A stretch of 64,000 bases of DNA from Bacteroidia bacterium (GCA_035906255.1 JAMIFM010000020.1:3917-67916); one strand, 5' to 3'; positions 1 through 9,122 are shown, counted from the stretch's first letter. Translations and numbers: made by a program. The notes: generated by a model from the sequence alone, not told the origin.

Positions 1-368
1 TTGATAAACACGGTATCAACTACAAACGTATCAGAAGCAAGGGTAATCACCATTGAATAGCGTTGGCTGCTAAGATTTGACGGTACAATATATTGTTTGG
101 GCTTGTACCCAATACTGGTAAACATTATCGTATCATTTTTCTTGGCTACCAAAGTAAATATACCAAGTGTATTACTGATAGTGCCGTAAAAATGACCTTT
201 AATACGAATGTTTACATCGCTAAGTGCCATCAAACTGTCTGAACTCATTATCAAGCCCGAAAACTGCACCAATGAGTCATCTTTACTGTCCTTTTGTGCC
301 TTTGCGTGCGACCCTAAGGCCACCACAATCAGCAAAAAAAGCAAACTTTTAAGTAGGGTATTACGCAT
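1..368 (-). CDS. Carboxypeptidase-regulatory-like domain protein, N-terminal part only (gene runs past the window start; probable TonB-dependent receptor N-terminus)
   Basis: Minus-strand ORF with ATG at 366-368 and no stop inside the window, so it is absent from the ORF track. Translation MRNTLLKSLLFLLIVVALGSHAKAQKDSKDDSLVQFSGLIMSSDSLMALSDVNIRIKGHFYGT... shows a signal peptide followed by a CarboxypepD_reg-like beta-sandwich. Confidence 0.5.
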   Translation of the reverse strand, partial: MRNTLLKSLLFLLIVVALGSHAKAQKDSKDDSLVQFSGLIMSSDSLMALSDVNIRIKGHFYGTISNTLGIFTLVAKKNDTIMFTSIGYKPKQYIVPSNLSSQRYSMVITLASDTFVVDTVFI

Positions 369-407
369 TATCGTTACTAAACAAAGTTAACACTTTAACC
401 AACGTTT

Positions 408-1640
408 TTAAAACACAAAACCAAGCACTAAAGTACCAATTACCACCAACGGCGAAGGCACTTTGGTAAACAGCAATAATAATACCGTTACCGCCATCAC
501 AGCTACGTAGTGCCAATCTTGATACGGCATATCCTTAAAAAGTAAATAGGCTGCCGCCAAAATCAACCCCGCTGATGCCGCCGAAATCCCCTCAAATGCC
601 TTTGTAACCAGCGGATGTTTTTTAACTTTATTCCAAATAGGATACAAAAACATTATAAACAGTGCCCCGGGTAAAAATATCGCTACAGTACCTATCAATC
701 CGCCCAGCAATTGCCATTGTATGCCCCAATCTTTCAAAATCATACCGCCTGTATAAGCTGAAAGGCTAAACACCGGACCCGGCAATGCTTGCACAAACCC
801 AACACCGGTTATAAACTCATCCGCAGTTAAATAGTGCTTAAACGTTACAAACTGCTCATACATCATGGGTATTAGCACATTGCCCCCGCCAAACACCAAA
901 CTGCCAAAACGGTAGCTGTTTTCAAAAATCAAAATAGGCTTTGCCTCTTCATACCCCTCTGTAAACTTTACAATAGTTCCCGCCGCCACTGCCACAATAA
1001 AGACGGCCAAAAAGTAGGTGAGGTTTCGCCAGCGTATTTTTATTTTGGGTTTAACGTATTTTACTGGCTCTTTGTTGTAACGTGTGGCTATTACCCCACC
1101 CAAAACAATAATTAGCGGGAAAGCATAAGGCCCCAGCAACTGCACCGATGCTAATACAGCCGCCCCGAAATACAGGTATATATTGAGCCGTTTGCCTTTA
1201 ATGATATTAAATATTTTTATCGCCGCTACAACAATAAATCCCACAGCCATAGGTTGCAGGTATTTAAGAAAATCGCGGGGCATTTGGGCATTTTTGTATT
1301 GCACATAAAACACCGAAAGCAGGGTCATTAAAATAGCAGCAGGCAATACCCAAATCAGCAAGGTAACAAAGGCACGCAACGGCCCGCCCAACCTATACCC
1401 TATGGCTGTAATGGTTTGGGTAGATGTGGGGCCGGGTAAAATTTGGCAGAAAGAATATATCTCTAAAAACTCTTTTTGAGTGATGTATTGTTTTTCTTCT
1501 ACCAGCCGTTTGATAAAAAAGGCCATGTGGCTGCCCGGGCCGCCCACACTGGTGAGCGCAAGAATAAGAATATCTTTGTAGTAGATAATTTTTTTTAAAT
1601 GCTGTACTTTGGTGCCGGATGGTTGCAAAGGGGTAGCCAA
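408..1640 (-). CDS. chrA: Chromate transporter (CHR family, two-domain ChrA)
   Basis: 410-aa polytopic membrane protein with duplicated CHR motifs (SVGGPGSHMAFF...; ILPGPTSTQ...; ALPGPVFSLSAYTGG). Start is TTG in the ORF track. Confidence 0.85.
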   Translation of the reverse strand: MATPLQPSGTKVQHLKKIIYYKDILILALTSVGGPGSHMAFFIKRLVEEKQYITQKEFLEIYSFCQILPGPTSTQTITAIGYRLGGPLRAFVTLLIWVLPAAILMTLLSVFYVQYKNAQMPRDFLKYLQPMAVGFIVVAAIKIFNIIKGKRLNIYLYFGAAVLASVQLLGPYAFPLIIVLGGVIATRYNKEPVKYVKPKIKIRWRNLTYFLAVFIVAVAAGTIVKFTEGYEEAKPILIFENSYRFGSLVFGGGNVLIPMMYEQFVTFKHYLTADEFITGVGFVQALPGPVFSLSAYTGGMILKDWGIQWQLLGGLIGTVAIFLPGALFIMFLYPIWNKVKKHPLVTKAFEGISAASAGLILAAAYLLFKDMPYQDWHYVAVMAVTVLLLLFTKVPSPLVVIGTLVLGFVF

Positions 1641-1674
1641 CTTTGAGTGACAAAAGTATAAATTATTACTGCTT

Positions 1675-2223
1675 GTGAAGATTAATTTTTACCAAACAGC
1701 CATTATTGGGGTTGTACTGATGTTTTTTGTGCAGGTAGGCACAGGATGCAAAGGAACTATTACTGATTACGACCGCGAAAAAGTGCGCCTTGACAGTTTG
1801 AACGAGGTATTAATCTCCACCGCATTGGCGTTGAATGTGAATGAAGAAGAGTTGCAACTGCGTATAGCCACTGTGAACACATGGTACGTGAGCCTGCAAG
1901 ACACGGCTTTTGATGTTGCACAAAAAATGCAAGTAGAGTTTAACGGGTTTAAGGTGGTGTACCAAAACTATATTGATTTGTTTTTTAGTTACTCATCAGT
2001 GTTGAAGCTACACCGAGAACAATACACGAACCTTGAAGAGCGGGTGAAAAAGCAGGAACTTTCGCGTGATGAATTTAAAACTGAATACTATCGTTTGAAA
2101 AGTGACGCTGAAGCCAATTTTAGGAACGCCAATCTGATTGCAAAACCTGTTTACGACCTTGAACTTAGCTGGCGACGCTACAAAGCCGTGATGGAGGATA
2201 TGCAAAAACGAAGCAAGCGGTAA
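1675..2223 (+). CDS. Hypothetical lipoprotein
   Basis: GTG start. N-terminal signal peptide with lipobox (FVQVGTGC). No recognisable catalytic motifs. Confidence 0.5.
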   Translation: MKINFYQTAIIGVVLMFFVQVGTGCKGTITDYDREKVRLDSLNEVLISTALALNVNEEELQLRIATVNTWYVSLQDTAFDVAQKMQVEFNGFKVVYQNYIDLFFSYSSVLKLHREQYTNLEERVKKQELSRDEFKTEYYRLKSDAEANFRNANLIAKPVYDLELSWRRYKAVMEDMQKRSKR

Positions 2224-2363
2224 ACATTTGCGTACAATCATTCTTGTTAATACATCTCGACACAAGGGTACAAAGGCGCGAAAGTTTGTGCCTTTATGGC
2301 AATATTTAAAGTAATATTAGAAGCCGATACGCTTTATATTTTTTAGTAGTTGTAGTAAAAAAC

Positions 2364-2400
2364 AAACCCACTTAGGTATGGTTTACCTAAGTGGGTTTTT
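2364..2400. terminator. Bidirectional rho-independent terminator hairpin between convergent genes
   Basis: aaacccacttaggt-atggttt-acctaagtgggttttt is a perfect 14-bp stem flanked by A/T runs. It lies between the 3' ends of the 1675-2223 (+) gene and hutU (-). Confidence 0.8.
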
Positions 2401-2422
2401 AGTATAGTACGTTTAAAAACTA

Positions 2423-4102
2423 CTAACCCATTTGTGAGGTTTGGCCTTGCAAACGCTCTTTAATATCCAAACGGTGTTTGCGTGCGGTATCTTTAGCAAT
2501 ATCATATCCTGCATCAGCGTGGCGGATAACACCCATAGCCGGGTCGTTGTGCAGCACACGGTGCAAACGACGTTCAGCATCCTCAGTACCATCGGCTACA
2601 ATTACCATACCGGCATGGATTGAATAGCCCATACCCACACCGCCACCGTGGTGAATGCTCACCCAACTGGCTCCGCCTGCGGTGTTTATCAATGAGTTTA
2701 GTATCGGCCAATCGGCAATAGCATCGCTACCGTCCATCATGGCTTCGGTTTCGCGGTTAGGCGATGCCACCGAACCGGTATCCAAATGGTCGCGGCCAAT
2801 TACAATGGGGGCTTTTACTTTACCTTCTTTCACCAAGTTGTTAAAGGCAATGCCTGCCTTTTCACGTTCACCTTGTCCCAACCAGCAAATGCGAGCTGGC
2901 AATCCCTGAAACTCAATTTTTTCCTGCGCCATTTTTATCCAACGGTGCAAGCCTTCGTTTTCGGGGAATAACTCAAGAATTACTTTATCGGTTACATAAA
3001 TATCGTTAGGGTCGCCGGATAAAGCCGCCCAACGGAACGGCCCCCTGCCCTCACAAAACTGAGGACGGATAAACGCAGGCACAAAACCGGGGAAATCAAA
3101 AGCGTTTTTCACGCCGTGTTCAAGGGCACGGGCACGCAGGTTATTACCGTAATCAAAAGTAACACTGCCCTTTTTCTGAAACTCAAGCATTAGTTCCACA
3201 TGACGAGCCATGCTTTCATAGCTTAGTTTAATATATTTATCAGGGTCTTCACGACGCAAACGGTCGGCAGCCTCCACATCAATCGTATGCGGGTAGTAAC
3301 CAATCAATGGATCATGCGCACTTGTTTGGTCGGTAAGACTTTCAGGAATAACACCTCTTTCCATCATACGTTGCAACAGGTTAACTGCATTAGCACACAC
3401 ACCTATAGAAACCGCTTTTCCTTCTTCTTTCGCACGAAGTGCCATATCAATACCCTCATCAATGTTACGGGTCATTACATCAAGGTAACGGGTTTGCAAA
3501 CGTTTGCGAATGCGCCATTCTTCAACCTCGGCAGCCAAACAAACACCTTCATTCATGGTGATAGCAAGCGGCTGTGCACCGCCCATACCGCCAAGTCCCG
3601 CAGTTACGTTCAATGTACCCTTTAATGTACCTCCATAATGCTGACGGGCAAGCTCGCCAAAAGTTTCATACGTTCCTTGCACAATCCCTTGCGAACCTAT
3701 ATATATCCAGCTTCCGGCCGTCATTTGGCCGTACATAATCAAACCTTTAGCATCCAACTCCCTAAAGTGTTCCCAAGTAGCCCATTTGGGCACCAGCATA
3801 CTATTTGATAACAGCACACGGGGAGCATCTTTGTGGGTAGGCAATATCCCAACGGGTTTACCGCTTTGTATCAGCAGGGTTTCGTCTTCGTTTAGGTCTT
3901 TCAACGCCTTCACAATCAAATCAAGGCTTTCCCAGTTACGGGCAGCCTTACCCAATCCGCCATATACAATAAGGTCTTCGGGACGTTCGGCCACATCGCT
4001 GTCAAGGTTGTTCATCAACATACGCAAGGCGGCTTCCTGCACCCAACCTTTGCAGGTAAGTGTATTGCCCGTAGGGGTTTTAATATCGTTAATGCTAATC
4101 AT
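2423..4102 (-). CDS. hutU: Urocanate hydratase
   Basis: 559 aa with full-length urocanase similarity, including the NAD-binding GGMGGAQP region and conserved C-terminal [13 protein letters not shown] motif. ATG start. Confidence 0.95.
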   Translation of the reverse strand: MISINDIKTPTGNTLTCKGWVQEAALRMLMNNLDSDVAERPEDLIVYGGLGKAARNWESLDLIVKALKDLNEDETLLIQSGKPVGILPTHKDAPRVLLSNSMLVPKWATWEHFRELDAKGLIMYGQMTAGSWIYIGSQGIVQGTYETFGELARQHYGGTLKGTLNVTAGLGGMGGAQPLAITMNEGVCLAAEVEEWRIRKRLQTRYLDVMTRNIDEGIDMALRAKEEGKAVSIGVCANAVNLLQRMMERGVIPESLTDQTSAHDPLIGYYPHTIDVEAADRLRREDPDKYIKLSYESMARHVELMLEFQKKGSVTFDYGNNLRARALEHGVKNAFDFPGFVPAFIRPQFCEGRGPFRWAALSGDPNDIYVTDKVILELFPENEGLHRWIKMAQEKIEFQGLPARICWLGQGEREKAGIAFNNLVKEGKVKAPIVIGRDHLDTGSVASPNRETEAMMDGSDAIADWPILNSLINTAGGASWVSIHHGGGVGMGYSIHAGMVIVADGTEDAERRLHRVLHNDPAMGVIRHADAGYDIAKDTARKHRLDIKERLQGQTSQMG

Positions 4103-4181
4103 ATCGTTTACAAAAAGAACCGCAAAAATAGTGGAAATATCGGGAAGGTATCTAAAGCAGATTTAAATCCGCCTTTACTGG

Positions 4182-4225
4182 GATTACGATACGGGCAGGA
4201 CTTAAGTCCTGCCCGTATCGTAATC
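4182..4225. promoter_or_regulatory. 44-bp perfect palindrome (22+22, no spacer) in the divergent hutU/fur-family promoter region
   Basis: gattacgatacgggcaggactt|aagtcctgcccgtatcgtaatc. It ends about 36 bp upstream of the -7 box of the Fur-family gene and 80 bp upstream of the hutU start. Confidence 0.6.
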
Positions 4226-4261
4226 TTGAAAGAATGGTATTTCAATGCCGTCACATTTAAG

Positions 4262-4269
4262 TATCTTTG
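4262..4269 (+). promoter_or_regulatory. Bacteroidota -7 promoter box (TAnnTTTG) for the Fur-family regulator gene
   Basis: TATCTTTG sits 8 nt upstream of the ATG at 4277, which predicts a leaderless or near-leaderless mRNA. Confidence 0.5.
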
Positions 4270-4276
4270 TAGTTGA

Positions 4277-4708
4277 ATGATGGAAACATCTTTAAATAAA
4301 GTAACCGATACCCTACGCAACCACAAACTGCGCATTACTGATACACGCACCCGTGTGTTGGGGCAATTTATGGAACGCCAACGCGCACTAACGCAAACCG
4401 ACCTTGAGGCTAATTTGGGCAAAGAGTTTGACAGGGTGACTATTTACCGTACACTGCACTCGTTTCTTGAGAGCGGTATTCTGCACAAAATACCCGACGA
4501 TAGCGGTGCTACCCAATACGCCTTGTGTGATAACTGCGACGAGCACGCCCACCACGACGAACACATCCATTTTAAATGTACCAACTGCCAAAAAATTGAG
4601 TGTTTAGACCACTATACCGTCCCAAAATTTGAAGTACCTACAGGTTATACTGTTAAAACCGCTGATTTAGTGGTAACGGGTATATGCAACAGTTGTAGCA
4701 AAAAATAA
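4277..4708 (+). CDS. Fur-family transcriptional regulator, probably Zur (zinc uptake regulator)
   Basis: 143 aa. N-terminal winged-helix DNA-binding region (RITDTRTRVL...TIYRTL) and two CxxC pairs (CDNC...CTNC) plus His-rich HAHHDEH, as in Fur-family proteins. The Zur assignment is inferred from the adjacent COG0523 gene and shared operator motifs. Confidence 0.8.
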   Translation: MMETSLNKVTDTLRNHKLRITDTRTRVLGQFMERQRALTQTDLEANLGKEFDRVTIYRTLHSFLESGILHKIPDDSGATQYALCDNCDEHAHHDEHIHFKCTNCQKIECLDHYTVPKFEVPTGYTVKTADLVVTGICNSCSKK

Positions 4709-4771
4709 CCCCCTTCACTTTCGCAAAGAGGGCTTCAGGAAAATTTATCGCTACTATTCTATTCGTGTTTA

Positions 4772-5536
4772 TTATTTTTCGCGGTGCACATCAAACTCAA
4801 CTTCAGTAGCATTGTTTTTCAAGTCAAAAACTTCTACTACAAGTAAATACTCACCGTCAGGCCACGCATCTTCAAAAACTACAGTTTCATTAAAACTTGC
4901 TGAAGTACCGCTAATATTACCATCTCTATCGAGATAATTAACCTTGGTTGTTTTATTTATTAACTTAATCTCATAGCTCTTTAACGACTCATTGTCGCCA
5001 GCTGTACTTACCAATGTGATAGTTTTGCTACCACCGTGCAAGTGTATCTCACCGCCCGATGGACTTGGAGTTGCGGCTACTGTTAACGTAGGAACAATAG
5101 AATCTAATGAACTTTTAATGGTGATATCGGCCTCTGCAAATTCAGCCTCATTACCGGCCTTGTCAAGCGCATTGATAATCAAATGGTAAGCTCCTGCTGC
5201 TACATCTTGGGGTATATCAATCGCTAAGTTTAATGTATTGCTGGTGCCGGAAATTCCTTCAATTTTAGTATAAGCAAAAGTCGGCGAACCTGTTTTTAAA
5301 TGTGAGTGCCCGTCAAAATCATCGTGTATCTCAATCTTATATTGGCTAAGATCTTTGTTGTCTGTAAAAGTAGCTGATATGTTAATTTTTGCACCCGAAA
5401 CAAATTCCTCCCCAGCAGAAGGGGTTAATAATGTAATTACAGGTTTTGTTGTGTCTTTCTCTTCATCATCTCCTTTATTACAAGCATTAAGAAAAACGAG
5501 TCCTGCGGCTAAAACAAGTATTGTTATTTTTTTCAT
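4772..5536 (-). CDS. Secreted His-rich lipoprotein with two Ig-like repeats (DUF4625-like); probable zinc-starvation protein
   Basis: Start set at MKKITILVLAAGLVFLNAC (lipobox) at 5536, not the TTG at 5587 used in the ORF track. Two internal repeats each carry His clusters (HDDFDGHSH, HLHGG). Sits directly downstream of the COG0523 gene and has its own promoter with TGCAAC-type palindromes. Confidence 0.65.
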   Translation of the reverse strand: MKKITILVLAAGLVFLNACNKGDDEEKDTTKPVITLLTPSAGEEFVSGAKINISATFTDNKDLSQYKIEIHDDFDGHSHLKTGSPTFAYTKIEGISGTSNTLNLAIDIPQDVAAGAYHLIINALDKAGNEAEFAEADITIKSSLDSIVPTLTVAATPSPSGGEIHLHGGSKTITLVSTAGDNESLKSYEIKLINKTTKVNYLDRDGNISGTSASFNETVVFEDAWPDGEYLLVVEVFDLKNNATEVEFDVHREK

Positions 5537-5552
5537 GATTTTCGTTGTTATA

Positions 5553-5594
5553 TGAAACATTGTTGCAAATATAACAAAACGCAACAATGTTGCA
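5553..5594. promoter_or_regulatory. Two copies of the TGCAAC-N3-GTTGCA-like palindrome flanking the -7 box of the lipoprotein promoter
   Basis: TGAAACATTGTTGCA (5553-5567) and CGCAACAATGTTGCA (5580-5594). The minus-strand -7 box TATATTTG corresponds to 5566-5573. Confidence 0.5.
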
Positions 5595-5600
5595 AAAATA

Positions 5601-6791
5601 TTATAATTTAAAAGGGTCGTTAAACACTTTTTTGGCCAAATACATTTTCACTTCTTCGTCCGATAGTGTGCAAGCATCCAGCGATTGTAAAATTTCAACC
5701 CTATCCACCAACTGCCCTATAAACACAATCTCAATCATCCTGTCTCCAAAAACCTTATCCCATTTGCTCTCAATGTGGGCTTGGTTTTCAACAAAAGAGG
5801 CATATCTAATTCTTTCACCGTAGGGCATAGATGCCCACCAAACTCCGGCACTTTCATAGGTAGATTGCGCACCTGCCTGCGACCAAGAAAATGCTACTTG
5901 AGGTTGTGATGCCAACCAAAAAAGCCCTTTTGACCTGATAATACTACCGGGAAACTTTGTTTGCAGGTAGTCCCAAAATCTTTCGGGATGAAAAGGTTTC
6001 CTGCTTCTATACACAAAAGAACTGATACCGTATTCATCGGTTTCGGGCGTGTGTGTATTCAGTAACTCATCATTCCAGCTTTGCATAGCCACCGAACGCT
6101 CAAGATTAAAACGATTAGTGCTCAATATTTTATTTAGTGCCACTTTGCCGTATTGAGTTTTAATAACCTCAGCGTTGGGGTTCATCTTTTTAATGATAGA
6201 CTCTAACAGCAACACATCAGCTTCACTAACCAAATCAATCTTATTTAATAGTATTACATCCGCAAACTCTACCTGCTCAGTCAGCAAACCGGTAAGTGAA
6301 CGCACATCATCTTTATCATTCGTTAAATTCCTGTCCTGTAGCTTTTCAACACTATTGAAGTCTCTAATAAAGTTAAAACAATCCACTACTGTAACCATAG
6401 TATCCAACTTACTAATCGAAGCCAAATCAATCCCCGCCTCCTTATCTTCAAAAGTAAAAGTTTGAGCCACCGGCAAAGGTTCAGAAATCCCCGTACTCTC
6501 AATCAGCAAATAATCAAACCTACCTTCGTTTGCCAGCTTTGTAACCTCTAATATCAAATCTTCACGTAGGGTGCAACAAATACACCCGTTACTCATTTCA
6601 ACCAATTTTTCCTCAGTCTTAGATAACACATCCGATCGTTGCACCAATGAAGCATCCACATTCACCTCTCCCATATCATTAACAATCACAGCAACTTTAA
6701 TACCTTCCTTGTTGTTTAACACATGGTTTAAAAGCGTCGTCTTACCACTTCCCAAAAAGCCAGATAAAACAGTAACAGGTAATTTTTCCAT
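5601..6791 (-). CDS. COG0523-family G3E GTPase (CobW/ZigA/YeiR-like zinc metallochaperone)
   Basis: 396 aa. P-loop [11 protein letters not shown] and the CxCC metal-binding motif (GCICCT) characteristic of COG0523, plus the C-terminal CobW_C-like region. ATG at 6791. Confidence 0.9.
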   Translation of the reverse strand: MEKLPVTVLSGFLGSGKTTLLNHVLNNKEGIKVAVIVNDMGEVNVDASLVQRSDVLSKTEEKLVEMSNGCICCTLREDLILEVTKLANEGRFDYLLIESTGISEPLPVAQTFTFEDKEAGIDLASISKLDTMVTVVDCFNFIRDFNSVEKLQDRNLTNDKDDVRSLTGLLTEQVEFADVILLNKIDLVSEADVLLLESIIKKMNPNAEVIKTQYGKVALNKILSTNRFNLERSVAMQSWNDELLNTHTPETDEYGISSFVYRSRKPFHPERFWDYLQTKFPGSIIRSKGLFWLASQPQVAFSWSQAGAQSTYESAGVWWASMPYGERIRYASFVENQAHIESKWDKVFGDRMIEIVFIGQLVDRVEILQSLDACTLSDEEVKMYLAKKVFNDPFKL

Positions 6792-6795
6792 GAAG

Positions 6796-6803
6796 CAAAA
6801 ATA
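6796..6803 (-). promoter_or_regulatory. -7 promoter box (TATTTTTG on minus strand) for the COG0523 gene
   Basis: The box ends 4 nt before the ATG at 6791, predicting a leaderless transcript. The palindromic operator lies immediately upstream. Confidence 0.5.
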
Positions 6804-6810
6804 AACAAAA

Positions 6811-6845
6811 CTTAACTAAATGCAGCAATGTTGCATTTAGTTAAG
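6811..6845. promoter_or_regulatory. 35-bp near-perfect palindrome, candidate Zur-type operator (core TGCAGCAATGTTGCA)
   Basis: cttaactaaatgcagcaa|tgttgcatttagttaag with one mismatch in 17 paired positions. It overlaps the -33 region of the COG0523 promoter and lies in the divergent region shared with the ECF sigma gene. Confidence 0.6.
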
Positions 6846-6969
6846 TCACATATAAAAGTTCTTTTTGAATAAATTTATAGAAGTTTGTTTGGCGGGAAAC
6901 TTTTTTTGAGCTAATTACAACCCGCCCGAACAAAATGGCGTTTAATACATAAACACACTGCCCTTAGCT

Positions 6970-7527
6970 ATGATAAGCGAAACCGAACTGATAAAAGGAT
7001 GCGTGAATAACGACAGGTTGTACCAAAAACATTTGTACGACAGGTATGCACGCAAAATGCTATCGGTGTGTTTGTGTTATGCAAGAGACAGGTATGAGGC
7101 CGAGAATATATTACAGGAAGGGTTTATAAAGATTTTTGAGAACCTTAAAAACTATAAACCTGTGGGCAGTTTTGAAGGATGGATACGTCGCATAATTGTA
7201 AACACAGCCACCGATTACTACCGCAAAATGAAGCGGATTAAATACATAGAAGTGGATGTTGATGAGGCCGAGCACAAAGTATCGACCCTTGATATTGACA
7301 AATTTGCCACCGAGGATATAGTAGGTGCCATACAACGGTTGCCCGAAGGAGGAAGAATGGTATTTACCCTGTTTGCGGTAGAAGGCTTTAGCCATGCTGA
7401 AATTGCAGAGCAGTTGGGTATATCAGTGGGTACTTCAAAATCACAATACGCAAGAGCCCGTACCCTGCTGCAAACGATGTTGAAGAACAGCGAACGGAAT
7501 TTTTTTTTAAAACATAATATAGTTTAA
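6970..7527 (+). CDS. RNA polymerase ECF-type sigma-70 factor
   Basis: 185 aa with sigma-70 region 2 (YDRYARKMLSVCLCYARDRYEAENILQEGFIKIF) and region 4 HTH (FSHAEIAEQLGISVGTSKSQYARAR). Confidence 0.9.
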   Translation: MISETELIKGCVNNDRLYQKHLYDRYARKMLSVCLCYARDRYEAENILQEGFIKIFENLKNYKPVGSFEGWIRRIIVNTATDYYRKMKRIKYIEVDVDEAEHKVSTLDIDKFATEDIVGAIQRLPEGGRMVFTLFAVEGFSHAEIAEQLGISVGTSKSQYARARTLLQTMLKNSERNFFLKHNIV

Positions 7528-7560
7528 GGCACTGAGTAGCGACCATAAACAGACAAAACG

Positions 7561-8949
7561 ATGAAAATTGTTAATTTAAATGAATACAGCGAAGGGGAAG
7601 GTTTGAGGAACAAGCTGCGCCAGCGGATTGATAACTTTGAACCCGAACTGTCGGATAGCCTTTGGGACCGTATTCACCACGAAATGGACCAAAAGGAAAC
7701 ACAACGCAAAAAGCGTTTCCTTTGGTGGTTCTCGTCGGTGGCGGTAGTAGTGCTGGCCAGCGGCATAATAACGTTTACTATGGTAAATAATGGCGGGCAA
7801 CCACAAATGGTTCAACAGCCAACAATTACCGTACCCGCCCCCGCACAAAACGAAGTTGGTGCATCACAGGCTCAGCAAGTCACAACAACGCCTGCAACCG
7901 TTTCACCTTCAACATCAGCACCGGTAATTACTGATGCAGCAACACCTGCAAATAGTAATGGAAGCGGAAACAATGGAGGCACAACAACTCCCCGTTATAC
8001 AGCACCCGCAGCAGAGACATCTCCTGCTGTTTTGCCCGATGTAACCGAAAGCCGCCCTGCAACGGTTGAACCCGCTCCTGTTGAAAAACAAGCTATACCG
8101 CCTGCACCTGAAAACACCCAAGCTCCAATAGTAGATGATAACAATACTACTATTGAAGAACAAATCACCCCCTCTACTGAAACTAATGAAAAGACAGAGC
8201 AAGAGGAAACCGAAAAGGGTAAAGGCAAGACGGGCGAGAAAGACACCAAAGCCAATTATAACAAATGGTTTATTGGCGTAGTATATGGGTATGCCCAAAA
8301 CAACCGTACCGTTACCGATGTGAACCCCACTTACGGATGGGCATCAGCCGCTGAACGTAATAAATACGAACACAGCGGAATGGCTAAAACGTATGGCATA
8401 CAAATGGGATATATGGCTACAAAAAATATCTTTATAAAATCAGGGTTAAATATTTACACAACAACTGAGATTGTAAAGTACGATATCCACCGTCGCAAAC
8501 TTCAACAAGGTGGGCAACCTGATGACCCCATCTATGGAAATAAAATTGACAGCGTTGCAGTGGGCACTACTACTGCCCATCAAAATATTTATTCATACAT
8601 ACAAATTCCGCTTGAAGTAGGATTTGTACAGGATATAAACAAACACTGGGGCTTTAACGTATCGGCAGGTGCTGCTTACAACATCCTTAATAACTACAAT
8701 TATTACCTATACGAACCACAATTTGGCAATGCTTTTATACCATCAAGCAGTTCAAATACCAACTATTTCCAAAACTATGTAATGGTATCGGGTAATGCAG
8801 GTTTGCACTACAACATCAGCAAAAACTGGCGTGCTTTGGCAGGATTTAACTACCGCAGGGCAGTTACATCAGCCGCTACCAAAGAAACCCATGTTGATGT
8901 GCGCCCTTGGTCAGTAGGCGGTAATTTAGCACTGGCATTTAGTTTTTAA
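7561..8949 (+). CDS. Putative anti-sigma factor: cytoplasmic N-domain, one TM helix, Pro/Thr-rich linker and C-terminal outer-membrane beta-barrel-like domain
   Basis: Begins immediately downstream of the ECF sigma gene. TM segment FLWWFSSVAVVVLASGIITF, then a roughly 200-aa low-complexity P/T/A/E-rich segment, and a C-terminal region with alternating aromatic beta-strands ending ...NLALAFSF (terminal Phe). Confidence 0.6.
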   Translation: MKIVNLNEYSEGEGLRNKLRQRIDNFEPELSDSLWDRIHHEMDQKETQRKKRFLWWFSSVAVVVLASGIITFTMVNNGGQPQMVQQPTITVPAPAQNEVGASQAQQVTTTPATVSPSTSAPVITDAATPANSNGSGNNGGTTTPRYTAPAAETSPAVLPDVTESRPATVEPAPVEKQAIPPAPENTQAPIVDDNNTTIEEQITPSTETNEKTEQEETEKGKGKTGEKDTKANYNKWFIGVVYGYAQNNRTVTDVNPTYGWASAAERNKYEHSGMAKTYGIQMGYMATKNIFIKSGLNIYTTTEIVKYDIHRRKLQQGGQPDDPIYGNKIDSVAVGTTTAHQNIYSYIQIPLEVGFVQDINKHWGFNVSAGAAYNILNNYNYYLYEPQFGNAFIPSSSSNTNYFQNYVMVSGNAGLHYNISKNWRALAGFNYRRAVTSAATKETHVDVRPWSVGGNLALAFSF

Positions 8950-8993
8950 AAAATACAAGTCGAACAAATAATTTTTTTTCATTGGTTAGGTGT

Positions 8994-9029
8994 AAATCCC
9001 CGAAACAGTAATGTTTTCGGGGATTTTTT
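8994..9029 (+). terminator. Rho-independent terminator after the anti-sigma gene
   Basis: aaatccccgaaaca-gtaatg-ttttcggggatttttt: GC-containing stem followed by a T-run. Confidence 0.8.
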
Positions 9030-9089
9030 AGTTATCAAACCACCCGCAAAAATTCGATGAATAAATTTTTTTATTCGGTAACCAATGTT

Positions 9090-9097
9090 TAACTTTG
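9090..9097 (+). promoter_or_regulatory. -7 promoter box TAACTTTG for the S8 peptidase gene
   Basis: Lies 25 nt upstream of the ATG at 9123. Confidence 0.45.
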
Positions 9098-9122
9098 ATA
9101 TATCGTCTTGTTAACAAACGAA

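Noticed and set aside
208-390. 60-aa plus-strand ORF at the left edge of the window
   Set aside because: It lies antisense to a much better-supported minus-strand gene (ATG at 368, signal peptide plus CarboxypepD_reg-like domain) that runs off the window. It has no start context or homology.
1393-1653. Numerous 60-150-aa ORFs in the six-frame track overlapping large genes in other frames or antisense (e.g. 1393-1653, 2008-2265, 7915-8298, 13397-13735, 23444-23998, 24897-25430, 36145-36528, 41420-41836, 53822-54286)
   Set aside because: All are fully embedded in confidently identified genes with clear homology, have low-complexity or biased translations and no independent start context. They are treated as spurious.
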